A DNA stretch of 64,000 bases from an uncultured Chloroflexia bacterium. GTDB taxonomy: Bacteria > Chloroflexota > Limnocylindria > Limnocylindrales > CSP1-4. Of the stretch, positions 31,710-41,069 are shown piece by piece. The stretch covers positions 1,088,001-1,152,000 of the forward strand of contig CAWEZH010000002.1 in assembly GCA_963813535.1 (NCBI GenBank), given 5' to 3'. The notes under the pieces are model-generated. The model was not told where the DNA came from and ran no database searches. It worked only from the letters and a program-made list of their open reading frames with translations. How positions within the stretch are numbered: the first letter of the stretch is position 1; every line of letters begins with the position of its first letter. The translations under genes and the position numbers were made by a program.

Positions 31710-32516
31710 ATGCCCCGCCCCTCGACACCGGAAGACGCGATGCGCGGCTTCCTCTCGGGCGAGGACCCGGGTCTCGCCCGCTTTCGTCGCGTCATGCGGC
31801 GGCTGCCCGACGGACCCCACTGCAAACTCTGCGCGGCGCCCTTCGAGGGTCCCGGGGGCGCCGTGCTGCGTCACGTAGGGTTCGCCCGCTTCCCCGGGAA
31901 CCCGGACATCTGCGGCTGGTGCATCAAGGAGCTCAACAAGGGCGGGGTCTTGGGCGCCGAGATCCCGGTGAGCCTCCTGTTCGCCGACATCCGCGGCTCC
32001 ACGGGCATCGGCGAGCGATCGAGCCCCACGGAGTTCCGCGCTTTCCTCGACCACTTCTACCGGCTCTCCTCGAAGGCGATACTCGATCACGACGGGATAG
32101 TCGACAAGTTCGTGGGCGACGAGGTCATCGGCCTCTTTTTCAGGGGGATCAGCGGGCCAGAACACTCGGCCGCCGCCATCGCGGCCGCTCGCGCACTGCT
32201 TGATGCTGTCGGGCGCGCCGATGCAGGCGATAGCGGGCCCATCCCCGTCGGTGCGGCCGTGCACACCGGAGACGCGTTTGTCGGCTCGACGGGAGCCGGG
32301 GGAGCGGTGAGTGACTTTACGGCGCTCGGCGACGTGGTGAACACGACCGCTCGTCTCGCGAGCGAGGCGGCCGCTGGGGAACTCCTCGTGTCGATCGAGG
32401 CGGCAAGGGCAGGGGACTTGGACACGCCCTCCTTGGAGCACCGGACGCTCAGCGTCCGCGGCCGGTCCGACGCTGTAGAGGTCGTCGCACTGCGATCGTC
32501 CGCCACACCGGGCTAG
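31710..32516 (+). CDS. class III adenylate/guanylate cyclase with N-terminal CxxC..CxxC ribbon
   Basis: CKLC..CGWC; LFADIRGST, DKFVGDEV, GDVVNTTARL. Confidence 0.9.
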   Translation: MPRPSTPEDAMRGFLSGEDPGLARFRRVMRRLPDGPHCKLCAAPFEGPGGAVLRHVGFARFPGNPDICGWCIKELNKGGVLGAEIPVSLLFADIRGSTGIGERSSPTEFRAFLDHFYRLSSKAILDHDGIVDKFVGDEVIGLFFRGISGPEHSAAAIAAARALLDAVGRADAGDSGPIPVGAAVHTGDAFVGSTGAGGAVSDFTALGDVVNTTARLASEAAAGELLVSIEAARAGDLDTPSLEHRTLSVRGRSDAVEVVALRSSATPG

Positions 32517-32701
32517 ACCTGCCCAGAGAGCAATGCGGCTGGCGCGTCGCGGCTCGACGAGCCTCGTCCATGCTGAGGGTCAGTTCCACGCGCCTGGCGC
32601 GTACTCCGGCTTCGATCGCTCGGCGGCCGGTACCGCGCCGGGAGTCATCCTTACCTATGTCGAGCGATTGACAGCCCGGTGCCTCCCGTACACTCGGCTC
32701 C

Positions 32702-33412
32702 GTGTCCGAACCGGCGACTCCAGAGGGCTCGGCTGATGCCACCAACGAGGAGCGCGCTCTTGAAGAGCGGCGTCGTCGTGACGAGCGAGTGCGGACCGTA
32801 CAGACGATGCTTCTCTTCGCCTTCGTGGGGGCGGCCATCGCCATCTTCATCGCGGCGTTGGTTTGGCTTGGGGTCCGATTCATCGGCGAGGCGCTCGTGC
32901 CCGCGGCGCTCATCGCCGCGATCGGCTTCCTCCTCGGTGAGGTCGTCCGGCTGGCGTTCGGAGAGATCCGGTCGAGTCGGGACGAGGCGCGCCTTCGCGT
33001 GCGCGAGGCGGAGGAGCGAGCACGAGCGTGGCGGCTCGCCCTCCTCGCGGACGCGCAGCGGCTGGTGGAGCGCGAACTGGATGCGATGCGGGCCCAAATC
33101 AACGGCGACACCCCGCCGGATCGTCCACGGCGGGCGACATACAGGCGGATCGACCGACTGGAGGCCGGCTCGAGGATACGCAACGAGCTTGAGGCGCTCG
33201 CGACAAGGGTTTATCAGCCGGAGAAGGCCGGAACGAGGGACCAAGAACTCTTGACGGAACTCAACTTCAGCGAAGATTGGATGACCACTGTGCTCCGCGT
33301 CCTGGAGGAACGCACCGTAGACAGTCAGTGGCCGAGTCGACTGGAGACCGTGGAAGTCGAGGTACCAAGAAACTACCAGGGATATGACGGGTTCAACGAT
33401 CCTCCGGACTAA
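32702..33412 (+). CDS. hypothetical membrane protein (2 TM + helical domain)
   Basis: Two hydrophobic segments then a charged helical region. Confidence 0.65.
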   Translation: MSEPATPEGSADATNEERALEERRRRDERVRTVQTMLLFAFVGAAIAIFIAALVWLGVRFIGEALVPAALIAAIGFLLGEVVRLAFGEIRSSRDEARLRVREAEERARAWRLALLADAQRLVERELDAMRAQINGDTPPDRPRRATYRRIDRLEAGSRIRNELEALATRVYQPEKAGTRDQELLTELNFSEDWMTTVLRVLEERTVDSQWPSRLETVEVEVPRNYQGYDGFNDPPD

Positions 33413-33531
33413 CGGCACTCACGTCACCGCCCCACCGTGACGGCTCGCGGCGATAGACAAGCGTTCGGATCGCTCCCTACGTAGGGACCTGGGCCCCTCG
33501 CTGGCAGTCGGTAGCTCGTCGCCTCGAAATC

Positions 33532-33596
33532 GCCCCGGCTCCGGTCCCGGACCTTCGATCCCACCTCGGTGGCCATTCCGTCCGGGCCGACGGGGC
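33532..33596 (+). ncRNA. island hairpin element copy R2
   Basis: gccccggctccggtcccggaccTTCGATCccac-ctcg-gtggCCA..tccgggccgacggggc. Confidence 0.6.
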
Positions 33597-33694
33597 ACCG
33601 CTTGGGCTTTCTGGTCGCCCAGTTCGTGCGACGTCGTACCCAACGACAGGCTCCGGCTCTGCCGGGGCCTTGTTGTCGTGAAGCGTTGGCTGAT

Positions 33695-33871
33695 CTAGAC
33701 CGAGCGGCCGACCGTGCTCAGGATCGTGCTGACCTGGCTACCCAGAACGACGAGGGCGATGATGGCGATGATGGCGATAAGCGCGAGGACGAGGGCATAT
33801 TCGGCGAGGCCCTGGCCTTCGTCGTCGCGGCGGAGCGACCGGATGAGCGAGTAGACGTGCGTCATGGGCAT
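33695..33871 (-). CDS. flp: Flp/Fap type IVb pilin
   Basis: Not in the ORF track (58 aa): MPMTHVYSLIRSLRRDDEGQGLAEYALVLALIAIIAIIALVVLGSQVSTILSTVGRSV; G|QxxxEY Flp motif; AGGAG RBS. Confidence 0.9.
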   Translation of the reverse strand: MPMTHVYSLIRSLRRDDEGQGLAEYALVLALIAIIAIIALVVLGSQVSTILSTVGRSV

Positions 33872-33989
33872 CCCGTGGTCCTCTCTCCTGCCGGTCGCTG
33901 GCGGTCACCCTCACGCTAGCCGCGACCCCGCGAATGGGCCATCCGTACTTAGGTCATGTGCAACGACGGCCATCACGGTCGCGGCCGCT

Positions 33990-34236
33990 TTACGTTTCGA
34001 TGTCGAAGCTGTCCGGCGACACGTCCAGCCATTGGGCGATCGCCGCCTTGGCAGCTTCCAGGGCGTCCCGGCGACTCGTCGCACTTACCGCCAGCCACGG
34101 TAGGGGCGTCGACGTACCAGCGGCCGTCCTGGGCGGTCGAGATGCGATATCCGGGTCGGTCGCCTCGAGCGATCATCCGCCGGCTCGCCTGGGCCACTGC
34201 CTCCCGTTGACGCGCCTCGCTCATCCGTCGTGCCAC
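33990..34236 (-). pseudogene. small HicB-like protein, +1 frameshift in a G run at ~34103
   Basis: Removing one base gives MARRMSEARQREAVAQASRRMIARGDRPGYRISTAQDGRWYVDALPWLAVSATSRRDALEAAKAAIAQWLDVSPDSFDIET*. Confidence 0.6.
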
Positions 34237-34281
34237 CCGGCTTAGTCTGGGTGAAGCACCGTCACCCTAGCTTGTCAACCA

Positions 34282-34352
34282 GCCCGGCTCCGGTCCCGGA
34301 CTTGCGATCCCGGTGTTCCCCCCGCCGGGCAGCTCGTCCGGGCCGTCCGGGC
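34282..34352 (+). ncRNA. island hairpin element copy R3
   Basis: gcccggctccggtcccggacttGCGATCccggtg..cgccgg..tccgggccgtccgggc; TAGCTT upstream. Confidence 0.6.
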
Positions 34353-34418
34353 AATCTATTGGGCTCATCGCGGTGCGAAGATGCCTCCGTCGGCGCAAGC
34401 AATCGGAGGTCGGGCGGC

Positions 34419-34673
34419 ATGAGCGACCAGCAGGCGGGGCCGAACGTCCGGCGCCTCGCGTTCTTCGAGGAACTCAGCGGCATCACCTTTCAGTTCGGCG
34501 AGGAGCCGGACGGCCAGTGGACGGGCAGGGCGGACAGCAAACAGTGGACCGCGGCCCACGTCGAACGCGGACCCGACGCGGAGGCCGCCGGCGCGAAACT
34601 CATCGCCTGGCTCGAGGAGAGCGGCGAGTTCCTGCCCGAGCCGCCCGACACCTTCTGGCCGTGGGCGCGATGA
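34419..34673 (+). CDS. hypothetical protein (84 aa)
   Basis: GGAGG RBS; MSDQQAGPNVRRLAFFEELSG.. Confidence 0.6.
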   Translation: MSDQQAGPNVRRLAFFEELSGITFQFGEEPDGQWTGRADSKQWTAAHVERGPDAEAAGAKLIAWLEESGEFLPEPPDTFWPWAR

Positions 34674-34712
34674 CCCGCCCGCGGGCCGCGCGAAGTTCGC
34701 CTAAGGCAGTAT

Positions 34713-34920
34713 CTAGGGTCGGACGCGCTTCTCTCGCTGCGTGGCGATCCAGGCCCGGCTCGCCTCCCAGTACGCCGACCCGCGCTCGATGCGGTCCCGC
34801 GCTGCCTGGACTTCCCACGCCGCGATCCAGGCGTCGGCCGTCGCCTCGGTCACGCTCCCGTCCTCGGCCCGAGGGCCCCGGCCAACGACTCTCTGGAGAA
34901 ATGGCCGGGCCTCTTCATCG
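34713..34920 (-). pseudogene. Trp-rich small hypothetical gene or fragment
   Basis: ..TEATADAWIAAWEVQAARDRIERGSAYWEASRAWIATQREKRVRP*; possible GTG start at 34853. Confidence 0.4.
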
Positions 34921-35043
34921 CTCCGCACCGGTCGTTGGTCCCGGTCCGGGCCGACCGGGTGGGGCGGGAGCCGGACCCGGCCGATGTCGAAAGCGTCGGG
35001 CGCGACTGCGAGCCAGTCGATATCAGCGCCCGTGCCTGTCCAC

Positions 35044-35457
35044 TCAGACCCGATCGGCCACGCTAACGCCACCGGGGCTAGGCCGGACGAACCCCGCATT
35101 GAGCGGATGCACCGTGACTCGTGCGTCACCCAACAGGTGCGCTTTCTCGCGAAGCTGCGCCACGACCTCGTCCGTCGGATCCCCGTACACGTCGATCGAC
35201 TGCAGGCGAACCAGATCAACGAAGTTCCGGAACGCCGGGCCGGCCACCCGGAAATGGGTCGCGAGCGACGCGGCGTCGGCATGAACGTGGACCACTGAGA
35301 TCGTCCTGTGATCCTCGTCGAGATACGCGGCGTACGAGATGATCCGTGGCTCATCAGCCTCGACGAGGTCCACTAGTTCGGTGATCCGCTTGGTCAGCTC
35401 ACCGAGACGGCCCTCGACGATCTCGGAGCGGTCGACGTATACGATCGGACCAGACAC
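35044..35457 (-). CDS. ABM-like dimeric alpha/beta barrel hypothetical protein
   Basis: GGAGG RBS; VEADEPRIISY, HADAASLATH, IDVYGDP. Confidence 0.7.
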   Translation of the reverse strand: MSGPIVYVDRSEIVEGRLGELTKRITELVDLVEADEPRIISYAAYLDEDHRTISVVHVHADAASLATHFRVAGPAFRNFVDLVRLQSIDVYGDPTDEVVAQLREKAHLLGDARVTVHPLNAGFVRPSPGGVSVADRV

Positions 35458-35530
35458 AGCGACCTCCGTGCGCGCGATCGGACGTCACCAGAACGCGTGC
35501 GTGTAGAGGCATACTCCTACACCCACCCGA

Positions 35531-35595
35531 CCCGGCTCCGGTCCCGGACCGTCGATCCCGCTCCCGCGGCCAGTCGGTCCGGGCCGACCGTGGGC
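35531..35595 (+). ncRNA. island hairpin element copy R4
   Basis: cccggctccggtcccggaccGTCGATCccgc-tccc-gcggCCAGTCggtccgggccgaccg. Confidence 0.6.
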
Positions 35596-35682
35596 AAGAC
35601 CCAGGCGCAGCATCCCCTCCTGCAGGCCTCGCGTAAGAGCCGTTTCCCGCCGACGACTTCGATATGTCTTTTCGAGCCCGCC

Positions 35683-36051
35683 TTACGCGCTCTCTACAGC
35701 GAGGGGTTCGAAGCTATATGTCCCAGTCCAATGCCATAAGCCGTCCGAATCCGCCGTAACGTTGGCGTGGGCCTCGAATCCAGCGAACTTCCCCGTCCCT
35801 CCCGAGAACGTCGCCGTCCCCTTATTGGCGGCAAGATCGAGTACGACGTGGCCCGTCGCAGTGTTGGCGGCTCCCGCGTCGAGGACGACGTCGGTGTCAA
35901 GAGTGCCCTCGCTCGCCGCCTCGGCGTAGATGACCTTCGCACCCGCTCCGATCTCGTCGAGGTTCGAGGAGGTGATCGTACAGAAGTCACCGGCCCGGCC
36001 CGTGTATTCCGAGCACTCTTTGGTGACCTGGAGATCCCCGCTGCGAGCCAT
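35683..36051 (-). CDS. hypothetical beta-barrel protein (allene-oxide-cyclase/dirigent-like)
   Basis: AAGGAGG RBS; TKEC..FCTITSSN, FSGGTGKFAGF. Confidence 0.65.
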   Translation of the reverse strand: MARSGDLQVTKECSEYTGRAGDFCTITSSNLDEIGAGAKVIYAEAASEGTLDTDVVLDAGAANTATGHVVLDLAANKGTATFSGGTGKFAGFEAHANVTADSDGLWHWTGTYSFEPLAVESA

Positions 36052-36319
36052 AGCGACCCTCCTTCTCGCAGTCCGTCGCCAATCAGCGCGACACCGGGAC
36101 TCTACACCCGGTGCGTTGTGGGCCAGCCACGCGGATCTTGTCGCCCGCCATGACAGCCGAGGCAATCCCCTACCTCGTTTGGAGACATCTGCCTTCAGCG
36201 GCGCGACACTGTGCAGACGTCTCACGTCGAGATGCTCTCGGGCCGCGCAAGAAGGACTAGGAGGCCCAGCAGGCGGCGGAGTCGCTCGTAGCCCAAGCCG
36301 AGCGACTCGGCGATGCGTG

Positions 36320-36620
36320 TCAGTAGATGCCCACGAACAACCGGCGCGGCGGTTCGTCAGCATCGAGGCCGGCGCTGAGGTCGGAACTGACCGGGTCGCC
36401 CGCGTCCCGCGGATCGATCACAACATGGTGCAGGCGCCAAAGGGCCTCCTGCTTTGGGTCGGTCGACCAAACGTGCGAAAGACGTACCTGAGCTCCAAGC
36501 TGGGACACGTACTCGACTGTCATGACGAGCCACGGGTGCTCCCACGCACCGCTTGGCAGGAGCAGATCGCTGACCTTGACGTATAGCTCCTCGTCTACGC
36601 CGGCAGCAATCGCTGCGAGG
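36320..36620 (-). pseudogene. 5'-truncated hypothetical gene fragment
   Basis: Protein-like open frame ..DEELYVKVSDLLLPSGAWEHPWLVMTVEYVSQ..FVGIY* with no obvious start/RBS. Confidence 0.3.
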
Positions 36621-36729
36621 TTAGCGAGACGACGTGACGGCTACGTGGTCGGACTATCCTCCTGGCCAGTGGGCCATGGTGAGCATCCGGACGCAGCGCA
36701 GCATGCGGCCCGTCGCCAAGGAGTCTCGA

Positions 36730-37464
36730 ATGGGCACCCGCGGGGTCCTGTCCCTGATCATGTGCTTGCCGTTAGCGGGCTGCATGAACAGCACACCGAA
36801 CCCGCCAGCCGGCCCAACGGCCGCGGCGATCGCGACGGTCGCGACGACGGCTTCGGTGCCCACCGCCGAAGCGACACCGACCACGACACCAGTGACGCCG
36901 AAGCCCGATCTGACCGCGGAGCCGACACCTCGGTGGTCGAAGCTCGAGCGGGCGATCCGGGACAACATTCGTGACGACGCGGCGGTGGGTTGCGCGCCGA
37001 GACGCCACGATCTCCCGCCGGGCACGGTCGCGGCCGTCGAGTGCAGGCCCGGCGTGGCCCTAGTCAGTCGTGTCGGCTTCTACCTCTTCGCCTCACCGGA
37101 CGACGCTTTCGCTGTCTACCTCGACCGCGTCAAAGAACAGGGCTTGGCGCTGAACACCGAGCGAGGCCTTCGCGGCTGGGAACGCGCCATGTACATCTGT
37201 AGCGACGAGCAGTGCGCGGAGCGCGACGCCGGCTTCGTAAATAGCGACGGCTACGCCAACTATCGATCCGTCATGGGCGCCATGTACATCGGCGTCTTGG
37301 GCACACGTGACGACATCGAAGACCTCAGGGGTTGGGCATGGGAGAGCCGCGAAGAATGTCCGCCGGGGCCGGATACATGCGCGGTTCCAGAAAGCCCGAG
37401 CCTCTATTGCGACGGCTCGCGCGTCGCCGCCGACGCCTCGTGCGTTGAACCCGTCAGCGCCTAG
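36730..37464 (+). CDS. hypothetical lipoprotein (Cys-containing extracellular domain)
   Basis: AAGGAG RBS; lipobox LAGC, P/T linker. Confidence 0.7.
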   Translation: MGTRGVLSLIMCLPLAGCMNSTPNPPAGPTAAAIATVATTASVPTAEATPTTTPVTPKPDLTAEPTPRWSKLERAIRDNIRDDAAVGCAPRRHDLPPGTVAAVECRPGVALVSRVGFYLFASPDDAFAVYLDRVKEQGLALNTERGLRGWERAMYICSDEQCAERDAGFVNSDGYANYRSVMGAMYIGVLGTRDDIEDLRGWAWESREECPPGPDTCAVPESPSLYCDGSRVAADASCVEPVSA

Positions 37465-37740
37465 GCGACCGGGCCCCCGCTGGACTGGAGTAGCCGCTAG
37501 GGCACGCAGATTTCGATGCCGACCTTGTATGCGCACCCACTGGATGACCAGGCCGCTAGAGACAGCAAGAACATGGCCGGCAGCGTCAGCAGCGTGAGCA
37601 GTCCGGCTACCAATGTCAGCCCGATAGCGGTGCGGTGCCCGGCACCGGAAGCCCCCGCGAGCGGGCCGGGCCGGCGTCGTCGCCGGCCGATGACCCTCGG
37701 GTCTACCTAGCGCGTTGAGGAGGCTCCACCTTGGCTGCGC

Positions 37741-38761
37741 CTACGGCACCCTCGTCGTCTCAACCGACACATCAAACCACCCGACATCGGGGGCATAGTC
37801 CGTGGCAACCACCCGACCATCCTGGATCACCGACGCCCATACGTAGAAGGGCCGGTGCTCCAGGCTCATGCCGATCGTGCCAGTGGGCGTGTCCGACTCA
37901 AAGAAGAAGCGGCCATGAAACATTGCTTGAAAGCGGGTCTCGCCAACGTAGTCAGGGTCGCGTCCCTGTAGCGTCGTTCGACCAGTGTGGAGATCGGTGA
38001 TCCACGTCCGATAGTGGTCCCAGCCCGCCACTGTCTCGGGCGTGTTGTCCTTCCCGACCCGCCGGTCGGGGACGCCGTCGCGATCGTCATCAAAGACAAC
38101 GCCATACGCGATCCACTGCTCGGTGGGATCCACGTCGGGTGGGAATTTGGGGAGTGTGAAATATAGCACCCGCCTCATACGAGCCCGCACCTCCTGGATG
38201 TCGACCCATGGGAAGTCATCGGATCCGGTGTCGCCCGACGGATCGATGTGTCGGCCTGGCGGTGGCGCTAGGTAGCGTCGGTCCCCGAGATCTCTGCTTC
38301 ACAAGGATCGGCACGAGGATCGCGCCTCCGGCGGGCTCGGTGCGAACCGGCGCGGGCCAGTCCTCCTTCAGACTCGCCTCGGTCCACAGGATCGGCGTGG
38401 GCGTGGGGCTGGGCGTCGCCGTAGGCGTCGCGCTGGGGCCAACCTGGGCAGACTCGCTGGGATCCGCGCTTGGCGTCGGGCTCGGACCGCCGACCGCTGA
38501 TGGGTCGGGCCGGTTCACGTAGTACAAGCCGCCGAGCGCAAGCACGGCGATGACCGCGGCCGCAACGACGCGGGCCGGCAGCGTCATGGTCGGGAGCCTC
38601 GCCGGGGCTGACCACCAGGCGAACCTACGGGGCTGCGGGCGCCCAGCGGCCACGGCCATGATCCGCTGATAGAGATCGTCCTCGCCGCCGACGTCGGCGG
38701 CGCGTTCTCGAAGCGCCGCGGCGAGGTCACTGGCGACGCTGTCCTGGCTGCGCCTAGTCAT
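37741..38761 (-). CDS. membrane-anchored anti-sigma-like protein, frameshifted at ~38270
   Basis: Overlaps the sigma gene stop (ATGA); N-terminal helix, TM, P/T linker (38216 ORF) continuing in the 37741 frame. Confidence 0.6.
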
Positions 38762-39321
38762 GCTTGAGTCTCCAGAGCCCGATCTAGGGATTTGCGTGCG
38801 GCGTGAAGTCGCGACTTCGCCGTGCCCACCGGGATGCCGAGCCTATGAGCGATCTGTTCGAGCGGCTGATCCAGGAGGTGGTGCATGGCGAGGATCTGGC
38901 GATCTGCGATGGACAGTCGGTCGAAGGCCGCAAGGACGGCGGCTCGCTCCAGCGCCGCCGGGCCGGGATCGGCCTGCTGGAGGTCGGCGCCTTCGAGGGT
39001 GATCTCCCGCACGCGGCCTCGATTGCGGAGGTGGTCGCGGCAACGATTGGCGAGCACAGTGTTCAGCCAGGCGCTGAAGCGGCGATCGTCCCGCAGCCGA
39101 GGGAGATTGAGCCAGGCTGAAACGAAGGCCTCCTGCGTCGCATCGCGGGCATCGGCCTCATTGCGCAGGATCGACCGGGCCAGGCGCAGCATGTCGGGCA
39201 ACCGGGCCGCCACAAGGGCGCCGAACGCCTCCGCGTCGCCGCGACGGGCTCGCGCCACGAGCGCGTCGTCAGCGGCGTCAGACCCGTTGTGCACGGTCTC
39301 TGTCAGTGCCACGGGAAGCAT
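38758..39321 (-). CDS. ECF RNA polymerase sigma factor
   Basis: LVARARRGDAEAF, DARDATQEAF, FSAWLNTVLAN, LGIPVGTAKSRLH. Confidence 0.92.
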   Translation of the reverse strand: MLPVALTETVHNGSDAADDALVARARRGDAEAFGALVAARLPDMLRLARSILRNEADARDATQEAFVSAWLNLPRLRDDRRFSAWLNTVLANRCRDHLRNRGRVREITLEGADLQQADPGPAALERAAVLAAFDRLSIADRQILAMHHLLDQPLEQIAHRLGIPVGTAKSRLHAARKSLDRALETQA

Positions 39322-39395
39322 GGTCGCGGCGGGAAAGGTTCCATGCTAGGTACGACGTCTGGCGAGTCGCCCGGGTTCGACCTGATTTGTGTTGT

Positions 39396-39529
39396 GTAGG
39401 GCGTCGACGTATCAGCGGCCGTCCTGACCGGGCATGAGGCGATATCCGGGGCGGTCGCCTCGAGCGATCATCCGCCGGCCAGCCTGGGCCGTGGCCTCCT
39501 GTTGTCGCCTCGCTCGTCCGTCGTGCCAT
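39396..39529 (-). pseudogene. second, truncated copy of the HicB-like gene
   Basis: Degenerate nucleotide duplicate of 34100-34236 (MARRTSEA.., MIARGDRPGYR); W codon changed to TGA at 39412-39414. Confidence 0.65.
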
Positions 39530-39703
39530 GCGGTCAGTGTGGGGTGAGCGCGACACCAAGGCTGTCACCACCCCCAGGCGCGTGCCGCGCTTGTACGCTT
39601 GTAGCACCTCCTATTCGGCGGTCGTACTCATTTTCTGACACGGGTGGAGCCGGAGAGTGGTAACGCTGCCTTCCATTTCGCGTCATTGGATCGGATGGCG
39701 CTC

Positions 39704-40186
39704 ATGGAACGATCGAGACCCACGCAACGTCGGTCCCGTCGAAGGTGGGTGCCGTGGCTCGTCGCGGCCGCGATCGGTCTCGGCCTGATTGGTTACGGCT
39801 TCACATACGCTCCGCCGCCGACATCGCTCAGCTTGACCGGGAAGGTCTGGCAGTGGACTGCGTACGGCGATGATTCCGGCACGGTCCCAATCGAGGATCC
39901 TGAGCGCTACACCATCGTCTTCAACGAAGATGGGACCGCGGTCGTCACGGCAGACTGCAATCGATCGCCGTGGAGTTACACGATCGCAGGGTCCTTCCTA
40001 CGACCCACGATATGGCTGCAATCGCACGCGGAAGAATGGTCCCCGTGCGCGCCAGGCTCTAGGGCTCAGCTCTTTGTTGATCACCTGTGGCCGACCGACA
40101 CATTCAGTGTCTCGGCCGATCGCCTGGAACTCGATCGGGACCACTACGGAATCAGTTGGGCCCTCACGCTCAAAGCGTCTCCCTGA
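39704..40186 (+). CDS. META (HslJ-like) domain protein
   Basis: TM; LTGKVWQW..YTIVFNEDG....ADCN. Confidence 0.75.
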   Translation: MERSRPTQRRSRRRWVPWLVAAAIGLGLIGYGFTYAPPPTSLSLTGKVWQWTAYGDDSGTVPIEDPERYTIVFNEDGTAVVTADCNRSPWSYTIAGSFLRPTIWLQSHAEEWSPCAPGSRAQLFVDHLWPTDTFSVSADRLELDRDHYGISWALTLKASP

Positions 40187-40253
40187 CGGCTCGAGCATTC
40201 GACCGGCGGGACATGGCGACACGTGTGGGACAACGGCCAACAGGTAGGGTGTC

Positions 40254-40332
40254 ATCGCCCCGGCCCCGGTCCCGGACCTTCGATCCCGGCTATCCCCCCG
40301 CCGGTCAGTCGGTCCGAGCCAACCGAGGCGAT
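40254..40332 (+). ncRNA. island hairpin element copy R5
   Basis: atcgccccggccccggtcccggaccTTCGATCccggc..gccggTCAGTCggtccgagccaaccgaggcgat; TAGGGT upstream. Confidence 0.6.
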
Positions 40333-40346
40333 CGGGAGGGTCCGCG

Positions 40347-40703
40347 ATGCTCCGAGCCGAGGAAGCCTACGAGGGATACGAGCGGGCGTGGAACGAGCCC
40401 GGGCGGGCGGCTGCTCTTCTCGAAAGGGTCTGGGCGCCGGAGGGTGTCTACGCCGACGACGACGTGCCAGACGGTGTCGTCGGGCCCGTGGCGCTCGCCG
40501 CCCTCATCGTCGAGACACATAAGGCGCTGCCGGGCTTCCGGGTCTGGGCGACGAGCGGCCCGCGGATGCTTGCGGAGCGCATGGCGATCACCTGGGCGGG
40601 GGAAGGAGGCGACCCGCCGATCCCGCAGGCCGGCACCGATGTCATCGAGTTCGGCCCTGACGGCCGGATCACCCGCATCACGGACGTGCTCGACATCGAC
40701 TGA
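40347..40703 (+). CDS. SnoaL/NTF2-like protein
   Basis: YERAWNEP, VWAPEGVYAD, GTDVIEFGPDGRI. Confidence 0.8.
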   Translation: MLRAEEAYEGYERAWNEPGRAAALLERVWAPEGVYADDDVPDGVVGPVALAALIVETHKALPGFRVWATSGPRMLAERMAITWAGEGGDPPIPQAGTDVIEFGPDGRITRITDVLDID

Positions 40704-40857
40704 CCAGGCCGGCGGAGACAGTCCGGCCTGGTGACGGCATCCAGGCGCAGATGGCGAGGATGGAAGCCAGAGGTATCACCGATACGGACGCGATGCTCGA
40801 GGACGCGGCCTGCTTTCTCCTTGGAGTCTAGTGTGCGGGCCGCGGCCGCTGGCCTGT

Positions 40858-40930
40858 CAGCGCCTCGGCTCCGGTCCCGGACCTTCGATCCCGCTTCGGC
40901 GGCCAGTCGCTCCGGGCCGACCGGGCACTG
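40858..40930 (+). ncRNA. island hairpin element copy R6
   Basis: cctcggctccggtcccggaccTTCGATCccgc-ttcg-gcggCCAGTCgctccgggccgaccgggc. Confidence 0.6.
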
Positions 40931-41069
40931 CGCCTCAGCCAAACTTCGACCTAGACAATGCAAGCGGGCTATCGACTTTCGGCGCGGCGCCGACACGTGG
41001 CCGATGACGCGAAAGAGGCGCGGATAGACAGGGGGTCTAAGCTGGTCGCACGTCACGGGGGACGTCGCG

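Noticed and set aside
33541-33560. Twister ribozyme (CCGGUCCC similarity) or tRNA 3' fragments (TTCGATCCC..CCA)
   Set aside because: Lacks the AAGCCCGG continuation and pseudoknots of twister; no T-stem, and spacing to CCA is wrong for a tRNA.
31612-40930. Island repeat as a protein-coding repeat (minus-strand PVGPDRLAAEAGSKVRDRSRG)
   Set aside because: Indels are not multiples of three, and substitutions are compensatory for base pairing.
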